Source: Flavobacteriales bacterium (GTDB taxonomy: Bacteria; Bacteroidota; Bacteroidia; Flavobacteriales_D; UBA2798). Taken from it: 64,000 nt of DNA. The position numbers and the translations under genes were made by a program. The stretch covers positions 71,309 through 135,308 of the forward strand of contig JBBIOU010000003.1 of assembly GCA_037443205.1 (NCBI GenBank), in the 5' to 3' direction. Within the stretch, counting starts at the first letter, position 1. Every line of letters begins with the position of its first letter. This document shows positions 37,803 to 48,742 of this stretch, one piece after another. The notes beneath the pieces are model-generated. The model saw only the letters and a list, made by a program, of their open reading frames with translations, was not told the origin of the DNA and did no database searches.

Positions 37803-38072
37803 TTATTTAAACAGATTGCGGATGGATTTTTCTGAAACATCCACCCGGTATAATAAAGCATATAAAGAGCTCTTATTTTTATTCAGTAATGCGTTTATAC
37901 AAGGTAAAATTTGTTGGTAAAGTTGGTGATAGGGGCTCAGGGAAGATTCATCATCAAAAGTTAATGTAAAATTAATTTCTTGAAAATCTTTTTTAATTTG
38001 TTCAACGGTTAATAATATTACTTCTTTAATATAATAGTAATTTTCAATGCTTAATATATATTTCGGAAGCAT
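37803..38072 (-). CDS. small hypothetical protein
   Basis: ORF of about 89 aa from the internal ATG. It is divergent from the epimerase-family gene and belongs to no family I recognise. Confidence 0.35.
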   Translation of the reverse strand: MLPKYILSIENYYYIKEVILLTVEQIKKDFQEINFTLTFDDESSLSPYHQLYQQILPCINALLNKNKSSLYALLYRVDVSEKSIRNLFK

Positions 38073-38114
38073 AAACAAACAATTATTTTTTCTGTTAAAA
38101 TTAAAAAATATGTC

Positions 38115-39029
38115 ATGGGTAAAATATTAATTACAGGAGGAACCGGATTATTAGGCACACAACTTACGGCTTTATTACATAGAGAAGGGTATGATGTATG
38201 GCATTTATCACGTAATCCCCGTAAATGTAAATACAAGCAAACCTATTATTGGAATGTTGATAAATTGGAAATAGATTCAGAGGCATTACTGAACACAGAA
38301 TATATAATACATTTAGCCGGAGCCGGTATCGTAGAAAAAAAGTGGACAAAAGAGTACAAACAGCAAATTATAGACAGCAGAGTTAAATCACAAGAAATAT
38401 TATGGAATGCTTGTATTAAAAATAATATTCATTTAAAAGGGTATTTTTCGGCTTCGGGTATTAATTATTACGGGGCAGATACGGGTGAAAAAATAAATAC
38501 CGAATACGATAAAGCCGGTACTGATTTTATAGCGCAGGTAGTTGTTGAATGGGAAGAAGCCGCTTTGCAATTTCAATCATTGTGCCGGGTTGCCTGTTTT
38601 CGTTTCGGGATAATTTTAGATAAACACCGGGGAGCTTTACCTAAATTGGCATTGCCCTCAAAATTATTTGCTGCAGCAGCATTGGGTAGTGGCAAACAGT
38701 TTGTACCATGGATTCATGTTAAAGATGCCGCAAATATTTTTTTGCATGCAGTTAAAAATAATCATGTAGAGGGAATATACAACGCCACAGCAGCACAGCA
38801 TATTAGTAATAAACAATTAATTAAAGCTATAGACAAGCATTTTTATAATTGTATGTTTTTACCCAATGTGCCGGCATTTTTATTAAAATTACTATTAGGC
38901 GAAAGAAGTAAGTTGGTCTTGGGATCTGTAAAAGCCGACAATTCAAAACTAATAAACAGCGGTTTTGAATTTGAGTTTAAAAGTATTGAAAATGCATTGA
39001 CAGATATTTACGACAAAACTAAAACTTAA
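38115..39029 (+). CDS. TIGR01777-family NAD-dependent epimerase-like protein (SDR a5, DUF1731 C-terminus)
   Basis: Starts MGKILITGGTGLLGTQL and is about 300 aa long. Confidence 0.85.
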   Translation: MGKILITGGTGLLGTQLTALLHREGYDVWHLSRNPRKCKYKQTYYWNVDKLEIDSEALLNTEYIIHLAGAGIVEKKWTKEYKQQIIDSRVKSQEILWNACIKNNIHLKGYFSASGINYYGADTGEKINTEYDKAGTDFIAQVVVEWEEAALQFQSLCRVACFRFGIILDKHRGALPKLALPSKLFAAAALGSGKQFVPWIHVKDAANIFLHAVKNNHVEGIYNATAAQHISNKQLIKAIDKHFYNCMFLPNVPAFLLKLLLGERSKLVLGSVKADNSKLINSGFEFEFKSIENALTDIYDKTKT

Positions 39030-41409
39030 GAGCAAATTGTACGGCAAAAGTTCTCGGGGCTTGTATGTCGCCCGGTCTGCCCATATATTCTTTATTAAAC
39101 AAATTGTTTATAATTAAAGCAACACGCGCATGTTCGTTTAAATTGTAAGATAAGCGATAATCAAATACAGTGGCTGCCCCAAATTTATTATTTCTGCGAT
39201 ATTGCGGCAAGCCGGGTAAAATGGCGTCATTTAAATTAAAATACAACGATTGAACATAAAAGGTAAGCTGTTCAAACGATTTATCAATGTTATACATACC
39301 GCTGTTGTAGCGCATACTAAAGCCGGTTGACCAGCCTTTATAATCCAACTGAATATCGGCTTTAGCCAGATGCTTGTATCGGTATTTTAAAATATTACTT
39401 TCCGGGTCGGAAAAAGTGGCACGGTAAGCACTGTCGGTGTTTAATGTAATTGGGTTCATATAAGTATATCCGCAAAATACTGCAACGTCTAATACACTTA
39501 TTTTTCCTTTGCCGATTAATTGCACATCAATACCGCTGATTCTTGCTTTTTCAGCATTTACAGCACTAAAACCAATCCACTTTGAAAAATGATAAGGATG
39601 AGATTGGGGAAGAAAAACAACTTGTGTTCCGGGAGGATTGTATACTCCAAACTGAAACTCCATCATGTTATCATATTCAGTAATAAAACCGGCTATGTCT
39701 AAATAGCCCATCCATTTGTGTATTTTAATACCTTGTTTTAAACCTAATTCAGCACTCCAGCCTGTTTCTGCCTGCAGGTTTTCGTTCGGAAAAATTTTAA
39801 GAGCGCCAACAGAAGTGTTTACATACTTTTCGGCAATACTCGGGTAACGATAACCTTGCCCAAAGGATGCGCGCAAAATACTTTGTTCAAAAAGTTTGTA
39901 AGTAGCTCCTGCTCTGAAAACCGGTTGCACCGGAAAAGTAGTGGTATCATTACCCCTGATTATTTTATAAGTTGATACGGTTTCGGTGCTATCAAGTCTG
40001 AAATATTCAAATCGCATACCGGCAGAGATATTTAATTTACCGAACTTTTTATCAACCTGCGTATAAGCTGCAATGTTTGAGTTGTAATGTGTGCCGAATA
40101 ATTCTGAGTTCACATTGCTGGTAAAACCTGCCGTGCCCATAGTTAAGTTTAGCTCATTTTTAAATTTTTTATAAAACTGATATTCGCCAAAGTATAATCT
40201 GGAAACTGCACTTTGCTGAGTATTGTTTACATTTTCTACGTAATACATTCTGGTTCTTAGGGTGTGTTTAAATCCTTTTTTAGTATAGTAAGTTATAAAA
40301 GGATCAACATTAATTCTGGTACCGTAATTTATACTTAAGGTAGAAGAAGGATTGTTAATGTCGGCACCACCCTGCGGAATATATCCTTGTGATGAACTTT
40401 GCCAAAGGATGAAAATACCGCTTTTACTATATTGACCATTTCCGTTCACTCCATAACTTAAGCCGTTTATTTTTTTACTGCGCCATCGCAAGTTAAAATT
40501 TATTCTTCCCCTATGTTCTTCTTCTCCCATCCTGTATCCCAAATCCGAATAAGCAGCCCCTCCTATAATTAAATCCAGATTTTTTATTTTTCGTGAATGT
40601 AAAAAATTTAAACCGGTATAATATGGATTTTTATCCCACCATTTTAGGGAATCTCTTTGCGGATTATCATAAATACCTTGTGAAATATTAATTTTGGTGA
40701 GAGGCTTATCTTTAGGGTAAGCGGTGCGGATATTGATAGCTCCATTCAGTGCCGAAGAACCAAACAGAACTGATGAAGCGCCTTTTATTACCTCAATTTG
40801 TTCAATATTTTCTACAGGTAGTGTATTCCATTTAATATCATTCGCATCAGCCGAAAGCAAAGGCATTTCATCTACCAACAGCAATACCCTGCTTCCGGCA
40901 CCATAAGCAAAACCACTGCCTCCCCGTATGCTTACCTGCCCGTCTTGTTGCGTTACTCCCGGAATTTGTTCAATGATTGTTTCACAGTTAAGCGTGTTTT
41001 TGTTTTCAATTAAATCAGATTTCATAACAGACATAGATACCGTAATATCTTCTAGTTTCTGTTCATATTTACCTGCGCTGATAACTACTGTTTCTAGTTC
41101 TTTATTGGCTTCTCCCAATGAAATATTCAATTCTCTGGTTTCGTTTTCAGTCAGTGTGATGGTTAATTTTTTTTCGCTATAACCCGATAATGAAAATATT
41201 ATTGTATAAGAGCCTGCCATTAATTTAAGGATATATTTACCATCGCTGTTTGTAACCGTACCGGCATTTGATTGGGTTTTTATACTTACGCCAATTAGTG
41301 GTTCACCGGTATTCGCATCTGTAACTATACCATTTATGGTTGAATTTTGCGAAAAGCACCATATACTAATAAAACAAAAAAATATGAATAGTAAGTATGA
41401 TTTTTTCAT
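39019..41409 (-). CDS. TonB-dependent receptor with N-terminal CarboxypepD_reg domain
   Basis: Has a signal peptide, ..INGIVTDANTGEPLIGVSI.., a plug domain, and a C-terminal beta-barrel ending ..FAVQFALKF. Confidence 0.9.
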   Translation of the reverse strand: MKKSYLLFIFFCFISIWCFSQNSTINGIVTDANTGEPLIGVSIKTQSNAGTVTNSDGKYILKLMAGSYTIIFSLSGYSEKKLTITLTENETRELNISLGEANKELETVVISAGKYEQKLEDITVSMSVMKSDLIENKNTLNCETIIEQIPGVTQQDGQVSIRGGSGFAYGAGSRVLLLVDEMPLLSADANDIKWNTLPVENIEQIEVIKGASSVLFGSSALNGAINIRTAYPKDKPLTKINISQGIYDNPQRDSLKWWDKNPYYTGLNFLHSRKIKNLDLIIGGAAYSDLGYRMGEEEHRGRINFNLRWRSKKINGLSYGVNGNGQYSKSGIFILWQSSSQGYIPQGGADINNPSSTLSINYGTRINVDPFITYYTKKGFKHTLRTRMYYVENVNNTQQSAVSRLYFGEYQFYKKFKNELNLTMGTAGFTSNVNSELFGTHYNSNIAAYTQVDKKFGKLNISAGMRFEYFRLDSTETVSTYKIIRGNDTTTFPVQPVFRAGATYKLFEQSILRASFGQGYRYPSIAEKYVNTSVGALKIFPNENLQAETGWSAELGLKQGIKIHKWMGYLDIAGFITEYDNMMEFQFGVYNPPGTQVVFLPQSHPYHFSKWIGFSAVNAEKARISGIDVQLIGKGKISVLDVAVFCGYTYMNPITLNTDSAYRATFSDPESNILKYRYKHLAKADIQLDYKGWSTGFSMRYNSGMYNIDKSFEQLTFYVQSLYFNLNDAILPGLPQYRRNNKFGAATVFDYRLSYNLNEHARVALIINNLFNKEYMGRPGDIQAPRTFAVQFALKF

Positions 41410-41487
41410 GGTTTTATATTTTTGTTATGCTCTATTAAATTATTGTTTAATTTGCCAATATACAAATTCTTAATATTCCATTAACAA

Positions 41488-42594
41488 GTGAAAGACGAAG
41501 AACTGAAATTTGCCGTTGCATTAACCCTAATTGAAGGTGTAGGCCCGGTTAACGCCAAAAAGCTGCTTGCCTATTTTGGTAGTATCGAAAAAATTTTCAA
41601 CCAAAAAAAATCAAAACTTATAAAAGTGCCGGGGATAGGAGAGTATATAGCCAATAGTATTAAAAAATTTAATCAATTTGAAAGAGCCGAAAAAGAAGTT
41701 GAGTTTATACGAAAATTTAATATCACTCCGCTTTTTTATACAGATGAAGAGTATCCTTACCGGTTAAAAGCTTATGATGATGCACCGGTTATCTTATTTT
41801 GTAAAGGAAACATGAATTTGAATGCGGATAAAATCATAAGCATTGTAGGAACCCGAAATCCTACTGATTATGGAAAATCATTTTGTAATAAATTGATAGA
41901 AAAAATTTCAGGACATGATATTTTAGTAATAAGCGGTATGGCCTTTGGAATAGACATAACAGCGCACCGAGCTTGTTTAAAACACAATCTAAGTACAGTT
42001 GGTGTTATGGCACACGGATTAGACAGAATATATCCGCCCGAACACAAAAGCACAGCCGAAAAAATGCTTACAAACGGTGGATTAATTACAGAGTTTGTAA
42101 GCAAAACAATTCCTGATAAAGAAAATTTTCCTAAACGCAACAGAATTGTTGCCGGCCTGGCAGATGCCACCATAGTTATTGAAACAGCCGTAAAAGGAGG
42201 GTCTATGATTACCGCTCAACTTGCATTTGAATATAATAAAGATGTTTTTGCTTTACCCGGACGTATTAATGACGAAAAATCGAAAGGATGTAATTTATTG
42301 ATTAAACAAAACAAAGCTGCCATGATTGAAAGTGCGGAAGACTTGTTGCGCGCAATGAACTGGGATAAGAATGTTAAAAGCAAAAAATCATCCTTGCAAA
42401 CAGCCTTGTTTGTATCTCTTACAGCCGAAGAAGAGCAAATAGTAAATTATATTAAAGAAAGAGGTAATACACCCATTGATGTTATATCTGTTAATTGTAA
42501 TATGCCGGTAAGTTTGGTGTCGGCCCATTTATTAAATTTAGAATTTAAAGGCCTGATAAAATCATTACCCGGTAAAATTTATGGATTATCATAA
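41488..42594 (+). CDS. dprA: DNA-processing protein DprA
   Basis: Rossmann-like DprA core is present (..IVGTRNPT.YG.., ..SGMAFGIDITAHRA..) with a C-terminal winged helix. GTG start. Confidence 0.9.
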   Translation: MKDEELKFAVALTLIEGVGPVNAKKLLAYFGSIEKIFNQKKSKLIKVPGIGEYIANSIKKFNQFERAEKEVEFIRKFNITPLFYTDEEYPYRLKAYDDAPVILFCKGNMNLNADKIISIVGTRNPTDYGKSFCNKLIEKISGHDILVISGMAFGIDITAHRACLKHNLSTVGVMAHGLDRIYPPEHKSTAEKMLTNGGLITEFVSKTIPDKENFPKRNRIVAGLADATIVIETAVKGGSMITAQLAFEYNKDVFALPGRINDEKSKGCNLLIKQNKAAMIESAEDLLRAMNWDKNVKSKKSSLQTALFVSLTAEEEQIVNYIKERGNTPIDVISVNCNMPVSLVSAHLLNLEFKGLIKSLPGKIYGLS

Positions 42595-42634
42595 GAGCAA
42601 CTAGTTTAGCAAATAAGTTTAGCTAAAATTATTT

Positions 42635-43804
42635 TTACAACACCGAAATTTTTGAAGCTACATCATTTGCCCGTTTTTTAATTATTTCTATATCGGTGTT
42701 TATATCATCGTAAGCCAAAGCAACACCCATTCTTCTATAAGGGCGGGTAGAGGGTTTGCCAAATATTCTAAAATCGCTTTTAGGAACACAAGCAGCATCT
42801 TCGAATCCTTTATAAACGGGGTTGTTGTGTTCATTGGCGGCTAAAATAACCGCACTGGCGCCAGCGCGCATCAATGTAATTTCGGGAATGGGTAAACCTA
42901 ATACGGCACGGGCGTGCAGTTCAAATTCAGAAAAATTTTGAGTTCCTGCTAAAGTTACCATGCCGGTATCGTGGGGTCGTGGCGATAACTCCGAAAAATA
43001 AACTCCATGGGCATTGCTTATAAAAAATTCTACGCCCCATATACCTTCTCCGGTAAGGGCTTCGGTAACTTTTTTTGCCATTGTTTGCGCTTCATGTATA
43101 TGGGTGTTTTGCATAGGTATAGGTTGCCAGCTTTCCTGATAATCACCGCGCTCTTGCCGGTGGCCGATGGGCGGGCAAAAAAGTGTAATACCATTTTTTT
43201 GTGTAACGGTTAAAAGTGTTATTTCAAAATCAAACGATATAAATTCTTCTACAATTACTTCTGTCAGGTCTCCGCGCGAACCTTCTAGGGCATAATTCCA
43301 GGCCTTTTCTATTTCAGCATGATTTTTTATGATTGATTGACCTTTGCCCGAAGAAGACATTAAGGGTTTAACTACACAAGGAAGTTTTATTTTTTCTACA
43401 GCAATCTTTAGTTCATCAAGAGTTTTTGCATACTCATATTTTGCAGTTTTTAAACCCAGTTCTTTTGAAGCCAATTCTCGTATAGATTTTCGGTTCATGG
43501 TATAGTTGGCAGCTTTTGCCGAGGGTACAACTTGTATATTTTGTTTTTCGTATTCGTAAAACTTTTCTGTTCTTATAGCTTCTATTTCGGGCACAATAAT
43601 ATCAGGGCGGTGTTTTTGAACAATAAAATCCAGGGCTTTGCCATCCAGCATATTTATTATTTCTCGCGCGTCTGCTACTTGCATGGCCGGAGCATTATCA
43701 TAACTGTCTACGGCTATCAGGTATTGTCCGTATCGTTTAATGGCAATGGCAAACTCTTTTCCTAATTCACCGCTTCCTAAAAGCATAATTTTTTTTACAC
43801 CCAT
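42635..43804 (-). CDS. purT: formate-dependent phosphoribosylglycinamide formyltransferase
   Basis: Strong resemblance to E. coli PurT (..[12 protein letters not shown].., ..[14 protein letters not shown].., ..IVPEIEAI..). ATP-grasp fold. Confidence 0.92.
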   Translation of the reverse strand: MGVKKIMLLGSGELGKEFAIAIKRYGQYLIAVDSYDNAPAMQVADAREIINMLDGKALDFIVQKHRPDIIVPEIEAIRTEKFYEYEKQNIQVVPSAKAANYTMNRKSIRELASKELGLKTAKYEYAKTLDELKIAVEKIKLPCVVKPLMSSSGKGQSIIKNHAEIEKAWNYALEGSRGDLTEVIVEEFISFDFEITLLTVTQKNGITLFCPPIGHRQERGDYQESWQPIPMQNTHIHEAQTMAKKVTEALTGEGIWGVEFFISNAHGVYFSELSPRPHDTGMVTLAGTQNFSEFELHARAVLGLPIPEITLMRAGASAVILAANEHNNPVYKGFEDAACVPKSDFRIFGKPSTRPYRRMGVALAYDDINTDIEIIKKRANDVASKISVL

Positions 43805-43918
43805 TATTCAGAATTTTTTTTGAAAGTATAAAATATTCTTATGTATGTCCCAAAGTAATTAGATTTTTTTCTATTAAAACCAAGTAATATCTATCATCCT
43901 GTAAAAATATATTTGCCA

Positions 43919-45124
43919 TTATATTTTTTTTATCATCAACCACGAGGGTAATATTGAAAAAAGCGTTGCAATAAGCGATAACGCAATGAAAATTACAAAC
44001 ACATCATAAGCTTTTATTTCAATAGGATAATAGCTTATGGTAGCGCCTTCCATGGTGATAAGGTGAAAATTTATTTGAACTAAACAAATGATAAGCCCTA
44101 ACAAAATACCTATACCAAACCCTAACAAATTTATCATTAGACCGGCATTAAAGTAAATGCGGGTAATCATTTCTTTGGTAGCACCCATACTTTGTAATAC
44201 AGGCAGTTCCTCTTTTTTATCGAGTATGAGCATCGCCAGAGACGAAATTATATTGAAAGACATGAGCACCAATACAAAACATAAAACCGAAAAAGTAAAC
44301 CACTTTTCAGCACGGCTGACTTTAAAAATGGTTTCCTTTTGCTGATACCGGTTTTTTATTTCAAAATTATCGCCTAAAGCATTTTGAAGTTGATGCATTA
44401 CTCTGTTTTCATCTGCAGAATTTTTAAGTTTTATTTCGAGTGCGCTGAGGTGATTGTTGTATTCAAGTATTTTCGAAGCAAAAGCCAAAGGCACAACAAA
44501 ATATTTCATATCATATTCAGGATTAATTTCAAATACTCCGGCCAGTAATATGCCCTCGCGGTTAAAAGGGTTGCTATTTATTTTAATTTTTTTGTTACGC
44601 ACCGGTACATAAACCGAAACGGTTAAATATTCATCCATGGCGGGAATGTATAAGCCCAGGCGTGTAGCAATACCACCGCCACTCAATGCATAAAAGACAT
44701 TGTCTTCTTGAAGCATTATTGCTCCATCAACCAAATAGTTTTTTAATGAAGAAACTTTAAAAAAATTACTGTCAACACCTTTTAAAGTTGCATGCATCCA
44801 TTTGTCGCGGAAACGTAAAATACAAATCTCTTCGATGGTTTGTGCATATCCTGCTATACCATCAACGTTTTCCAACTTATTTTTTAATTCATCATTCCAC
44901 ACAAAAGTTTTACTGTTAGTTGAGGTAATTTTTATGTCGGGATCGAATGAGCTAAACAATCGCTTTATCTCGCCTTCCATGCCGTTTATGGCCGAAAGTA
45001 TTATAAACATGGCACCAACACCTGCCGCTATACCCGCTACCGATATCCAGGAAATAATATTGATGGCACTATGCGATTTTTTAGAAATTAAATACCTGCA
45101 CGCTATGAAAAACGAAACATTCAT
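43919..45124 (-). CDS. LolE/FtsX-family ABC transporter permease
   Basis: The ATG at 45124 gives MNVSFFIACRYLISKK.., the typical LolC/E start. A MacB-like periplasmic domain is followed by three C-terminal TM helices. Confidence 0.8.
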   Translation of the reverse strand: MNVSFFIACRYLISKKSHSAINIISWISVAGIAAGVGAMFIILSAINGMEGEIKRLFSSFDPDIKITSTNSKTFVWNDELKNKLENVDGIAGYAQTIEEICILRFRDKWMHATLKGVDSNFFKVSSLKNYLVDGAIMLQEDNVFYALSGGGIATRLGLYIPAMDEYLTVSVYVPVRNKKIKINSNPFNREGILLAGVFEINPEYDMKYFVVPLAFASKILEYNNHLSALEIKLKNSADENRVMHQLQNALGDNFEIKNRYQQKETIFKVSRAEKWFTFSVLCFVLVLMSFNIISSLAMLILDKKEELPVLQSMGATKEMITRIYFNAGLMINLLGFGIGILLGLIICLVQINFHLITMEGATISYYPIEIKAYDVFVIFIALSLIATLFSILPSWLMIKKI

Positions 45125-45195
45125 CAGCACGAAAGTAGTGAAAAATAATATTTATGATTTAATGTTAAGTTTGGATATACAATAGTTATTACGCC

Positions 45196-45203
45196 TATCT
45201 TTG
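45196..45203 (+). promoter_or_regulatory. -7 promoter box TATCTTTG
   Basis: Lies 13 nt upstream of the TTG start at 45217. Confidence 0.4.
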
Positions 45204-45216
45204 TAAAAAAAAGGAA

Positions 45217-45963
45217 TTGAACTGGTTTAGTAAAATTTTTTCAAAACAAAAACAACTCATGCCGGCCGATTTATCGGTATTACAAACCGATATGCATTCA
45301 CATTTTATTCCGGGAATAGATGATGGCTCAAAATCAATAGAAGAAACTTTACAACTGATTGTGGCTATGAAATCACTGGGATATAAAAAAATTATTACCA
45401 CTCCCCATATAATGAGTGATTATTACCGCAATACCCCCGAAATAATTCATGCAGGAATGCAACAAGTAAAAGAAGCATTGTATAAGCAAAATATTGACAT
45501 TGATTTTTCGGCAGCGGCAGAATATTACTTAGACTACGAATTTATACAAAAAATTAAACAAAAAAATTTACTCACGCTCTCGGCTAATTATGTGTTGTTT
45601 GAGTTGCCCTTTATTTCAGAGCCACCAAATTTACACGAATGTATTTTTGAATTGCAAATGGCAGGTTATAAACCGGTATTGGCACATGTTGAAAGATACC
45701 CGTATTGGCACCGACAATACGATAAAATTCTATCCATCAAAGAAAAAGGAGTATTACTGCAATTAAATATCAATTCTCTTTCGGGTCATTATACTTTGCC
45801 CGTAAAAACCATGGCCGAAAAATTAATTGATGAGAACATGATTGATTTACTTGGAACAGACTGTCATAATTTTAATCACATTCATCTTTTGAAACACACC
45901 ATTTGTTTACCCTATTTGCATAAAGCCATACAAACACAAACTTTGTTAAACAATCAATTGTAA
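45217..45963 (+). CDS. CpsB/CapC-type PHP-family protein-tyrosine phosphatase
   Basis: Carries the ..DMHSHFIPGIDDGS.. metal-binding motif. 248 aa. Confidence 0.8.
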   Translation: MNWFSKIFSKQKQLMPADLSVLQTDMHSHFIPGIDDGSKSIEETLQLIVAMKSLGYKKIITTPHIMSDYYRNTPEIIHAGMQQVKEALYKQNIDIDFSAAAEYYLDYEFIQKIKQKNLLTLSANYVLFELPFISEPPNLHECIFELQMAGYKPVLAHVERYPYWHRQYDKILSIKEKGVLLQLNINSLSGHYTLPVKTMAEKLIDENMIDLLGTDCHNFNHIHLLKHTICLPYLHKAIQTQTLLNNQL

Positions 45964-45977
45964 TAGCTAAATTCTAT

Positions 45978-45985
45978 TACATTTG
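45978..45985 (+). promoter_or_regulatory. -7 promoter box TACATTTG placed 4 nt before the ATG (predicted leaderless mRNA)
   Basis: TACATTTG-catt-ATG (ATG at 45990). Confidence 0.55.
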
Positions 45986-45989
45986 CATT

Positions 45990-46829
45990 ATGGCAAAAAA
46001 ATTACATTTGTTTATTTACTGTTTGTTTATGATAGTTTATACACAAGCACAAATAATACTCAGCGAAGATTTTAACAGCGGATTTCCGGTAAATTGGCAA
46101 AGTGTAGATGTTGATGGACTTACACCGGTGCCGCAAACTGCATTTTGTGGTGTTGCATTTGGAATGCACATAGACAACGACAGTACAGCCACATCCGATA
46201 GCGTGGTTGTTGCAACATCATGGTTTACACCGGTAGGCTCGGCAAATAATTATTTAATTACACCGCCAATCAACTTACTTGGCAACGGTAATTTTTTAAC
46301 CTGGCAAGCCAAATCGTACGATCCGTCTTACCCTGATGGCTATATGATTCTGGTTTCTACAACTACAGCCGCCATTGCTGCATTTACTGATACCATTTAT
46401 AACACAAATGCCGAAGTACCTTATTGGATTAACCGCCAGCTAAACCTGGATGCCTATGCCGGACAAACCATTTACCTTGCTTTTAGACATTATGCCAACA
46501 ATAAGTTTATTTTAGCTTTAGACAATATTGAAGTATTTGCCGATATAACCTATAGTATCGAAGAGCCTTTGACCAATAATAAGATATTGGTTTTTCCTAA
46601 TCCAAGCCAAGGAAACATCACTATACAAGCGGATGATATAAAGTTATCAGGAAATACATGCAACATAATTATACAGGATATTTCGGGTAAAATAGTTTAT
46701 AATGATACACAGGTGCATACAAACCATTCTATTTCTTTAAATTTAGAGTATTTGCAAAACGGCATTTATTATCTGCTCATACAAACAGAAGCCGGTATGG
46801 CGCATAAAAAAATTATCATCGCTAAGTAA
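45990..46829 (+). CDS. secreted protein with T9SS type A (Por) C-terminal sorting domain; N-terminal domain choice-of-anchor-J-like
   Basis: Has a signal peptide. The C-terminal ..ILVFPNPSQGNITIQ.. to ..YYLLIQTEAGMAHKKIIIAK is the typical CTD. Confidence 0.75.
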   Translation: MAKKLHLFIYCLFMIVYTQAQIILSEDFNSGFPVNWQSVDVDGLTPVPQTAFCGVAFGMHIDNDSTATSDSVVVATSWFTPVGSANNYLITPPINLLGNGNFLTWQAKSYDPSYPDGYMILVSTTTAAIAAFTDTIYNTNAEVPYWINRQLNLDAYAGQTIYLAFRHYANNKFILALDNIEVFADITYSIEEPLTNNKILVFPNPSQGNITIQADDIKLSGNTCNIIIQDISGKIVYNDTQVHTNHSISLNLEYLQNGIYYLLIQTEAGMAHKKIIIAK

Positions 46830-46832
46830 TTT

Positions 46833-47474
46833 ATGAAGATTGAATTGCTTGGTGTTGTTCCTTTACCCATGCACGATGTGCAATTTTCATCTGCCGGTAT
46901 TTGGAATAATTTTGCTGTTTTTGAAACAGGAAATAATTATCTTATCACAGCACCTTCGGGAAGCGGCAAAACTTCTTTACTTTCCTTTATTTACGGCATC
47001 AGAAAAGATTATAAGGGAGATATTTTTTTCAACGGTAAAAAAATTTCGGATTTTAAATTAAATAATTGGGCAGAAATACGCAGAGATAAAATTTCATTAG
47101 TTTTTCAGGATATGCGATTGATACCGGATTTAACGGCCGGTGAAAATCTGTTATTAAAAAATTCATTAACTAACCACAAGAACGAAAAAGATATTAAAGA
47201 AATGATGGATTATCTGGGTTTGCATGATAAATGGAATCAAAAATGCAAAACCTTGTCTTTAGGGCAACAACAGCGTGTAGCTATCATAAGAGCTTTATTA
47301 CAACCGTTTAACTTTTTGTTACTTGATGAACCATTTAGCCACATTGATACGGATAATATAAAAAAAGCAACAGCACTGATTAATACAACCTGCAAAAGGA
47401 CCGGAGCAAATATCATAATGATGAGTTTAAACGATAAGTATTTATTTAATTATGATAAAACTTACAGTTTATGA
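46833..47474 (+). CDS. ABC transporter ATP-binding protein
   Basis: Walker A (APSGSGKTS), signature (LSLGQQQR) and Walker B (LLLDEP) are present. Confidence 0.85.
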   Translation: MKIELLGVVPLPMHDVQFSSAGIWNNFAVFETGNNYLITAPSGSGKTSLLSFIYGIRKDYKGDIFFNGKKISDFKLNNWAEIRRDKISLVFQDMRLIPDLTAGENLLLKNSLTNHKNEKDIKEMMDYLGLHDKWNQKCKTLSLGQQQRVAIIRALLQPFNFLLLDEPFSHIDTDNIKKATALINTTCKRTGANIIMMSLNDKYLFNYDKTYSL

Positions 47475-48664
47475 TGTCTTTGCGGAAAATTTTATTTAAA
47501 AAACAAAAACCGATTCAGCTTTTTATAGCAGCAACGGGTGCATTTGCAGGCATACTCATCCTATTACTCTCGATTGATTTTTATATTAGCATAAAAACGA
47601 TTCTGCTAAAAGAAAGCGAAATTTTTGGAGATGATTTATTGGTAATACAAAAACAAACAAACGATTTAAATACCCTGGGGCTTAGCTCCAATACCTTTAG
47701 CGATAAAGAAATAGAAGAAATTAAAAAAGAACCTTATATTAAAGGAGTAGCTATTTTCAGGCCGGCACTGTTCAGTGCAAATGCTTCCTTAAAGGGAGCC
47801 GGAGATATGCCCGATATGATGACCGACACCTACTTTGAATCATTACCAGATGAATATATTGAAGTAAAAACAAATACCTGGGAGTGGAACGAAGGAGACG
47901 AAGAAGTACCGGTTATATTACCCGGCTCTTTTTTAGATTCTTATAACTATGGTTTTGCCCCCTCACAAAACTTACCTCCTATCAGCGAAAAAACTATCGG
48001 ACGCTTGCGCTTTAATATTAAAATCTATGGTTTTGGAGTTAATTTTACCGGTATTGTAACCGGATTCTCTTATAAACTTAATACCATATTAGTTCCGGAA
48101 AGTTTTTTAATTTATGCAAACACCCGCTTTGCCCAAGGTAATATGCGTACTCCTACAAGATTGGTTATTAAAACAGATGACATTACTAACCCCCGGTTAG
48201 CTGAATTTTTGGAACAAAGGGGTTACATTACCCATGACGAAAGACTGGAAGGAAGCAGAGTAAAAACCCTGCTCAATATATCCATGCTGCTTTTTTTGAT
48301 GATAGGAGTAATCATCGTGATGTTATCTTTGCTTTCATTCGTTCAATACAGCAGGCTGCTTATTACGAATATACAATACGAACTTAAAATTCTTTTATTG
48401 CTGGGATACTCCTATAAAACACCGGCAAAGCAATACCTGATAAATTTTGGCATAACAACCGTTATTATTGTTCTTGCAGCCTTGCTTAGCGCTGTTTTTA
48501 TTAAAGCATTTTTTGAAACATATATGAAAAGCTACGGATTTGAAGTAAGTCAGGGCTTAAATCCTTACTTATACCTGTTGGCACTTTTATTCACATTTAC
48601 ATATATAGCCGTTAATGCCATTTCAATAAACATTACTCTGAAGGATTTGGCAAAAAACTTGTAA
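47471..48664 (+). CDS. FtsX-like ABC transporter permease (putative)
   Basis: Topology is an N-terminal TM, a large extracytoplasmic domain and three C-terminal TM helices. Overlaps the ATPase gene by 4 nt. Confidence 0.65.
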   Translation: MMSLRKILFKKQKPIQLFIAATGAFAGILILLLSIDFYISIKTILLKESEIFGDDLLVIQKQTNDLNTLGLSSNTFSDKEIEEIKKEPYIKGVAIFRPALFSANASLKGAGDMPDMMTDTYFESLPDEYIEVKTNTWEWNEGDEEVPVILPGSFLDSYNYGFAPSQNLPPISEKTIGRLRFNIKIYGFGVNFTGIVTGFSYKLNTILVPESFLIYANTRFAQGNMRTPTRLVIKTDDITNPRLAEFLEQRGYITHDERLEGSRVKTLLNISMLLFLMIGVIIVMLSLLSFVQYSRLLITNIQYELKILLLLGYSYKTPAKQYLINFGITTVIIVLAALLSAVFIKAFFETYMKSYGFEVSQGLNPYLYLLALLFTFTYIAVNAISINITLKDLAKNL

Positions 48665-48710
48665 GATATTTTAAATAGGGTTAATGAATTGTTAAACCTG
48701 TTGAAAATCT

Positions 48711-48718
48711 TAATTTTG
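48711..48718 (+). promoter_or_regulatory. -7 promoter box TAATTTTG
   Basis: Lies 24 nt upstream of the ATG at 48743. Confidence 0.4.
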
Positions 48719-48742
48719 AAGCTAATTTTAAAATAAAAAAGT

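Noticed and set aside
43908-43915. Perfect TATATTTG box on the plus strand just before the 3' end of the lolE-like gene
   Set aside because: There is no plus-strand gene or start codon downstream, so it would only drive antisense transcription. At the expected background of about one match per 1.5 kb per strand, this is best treated as a chance occurrence.
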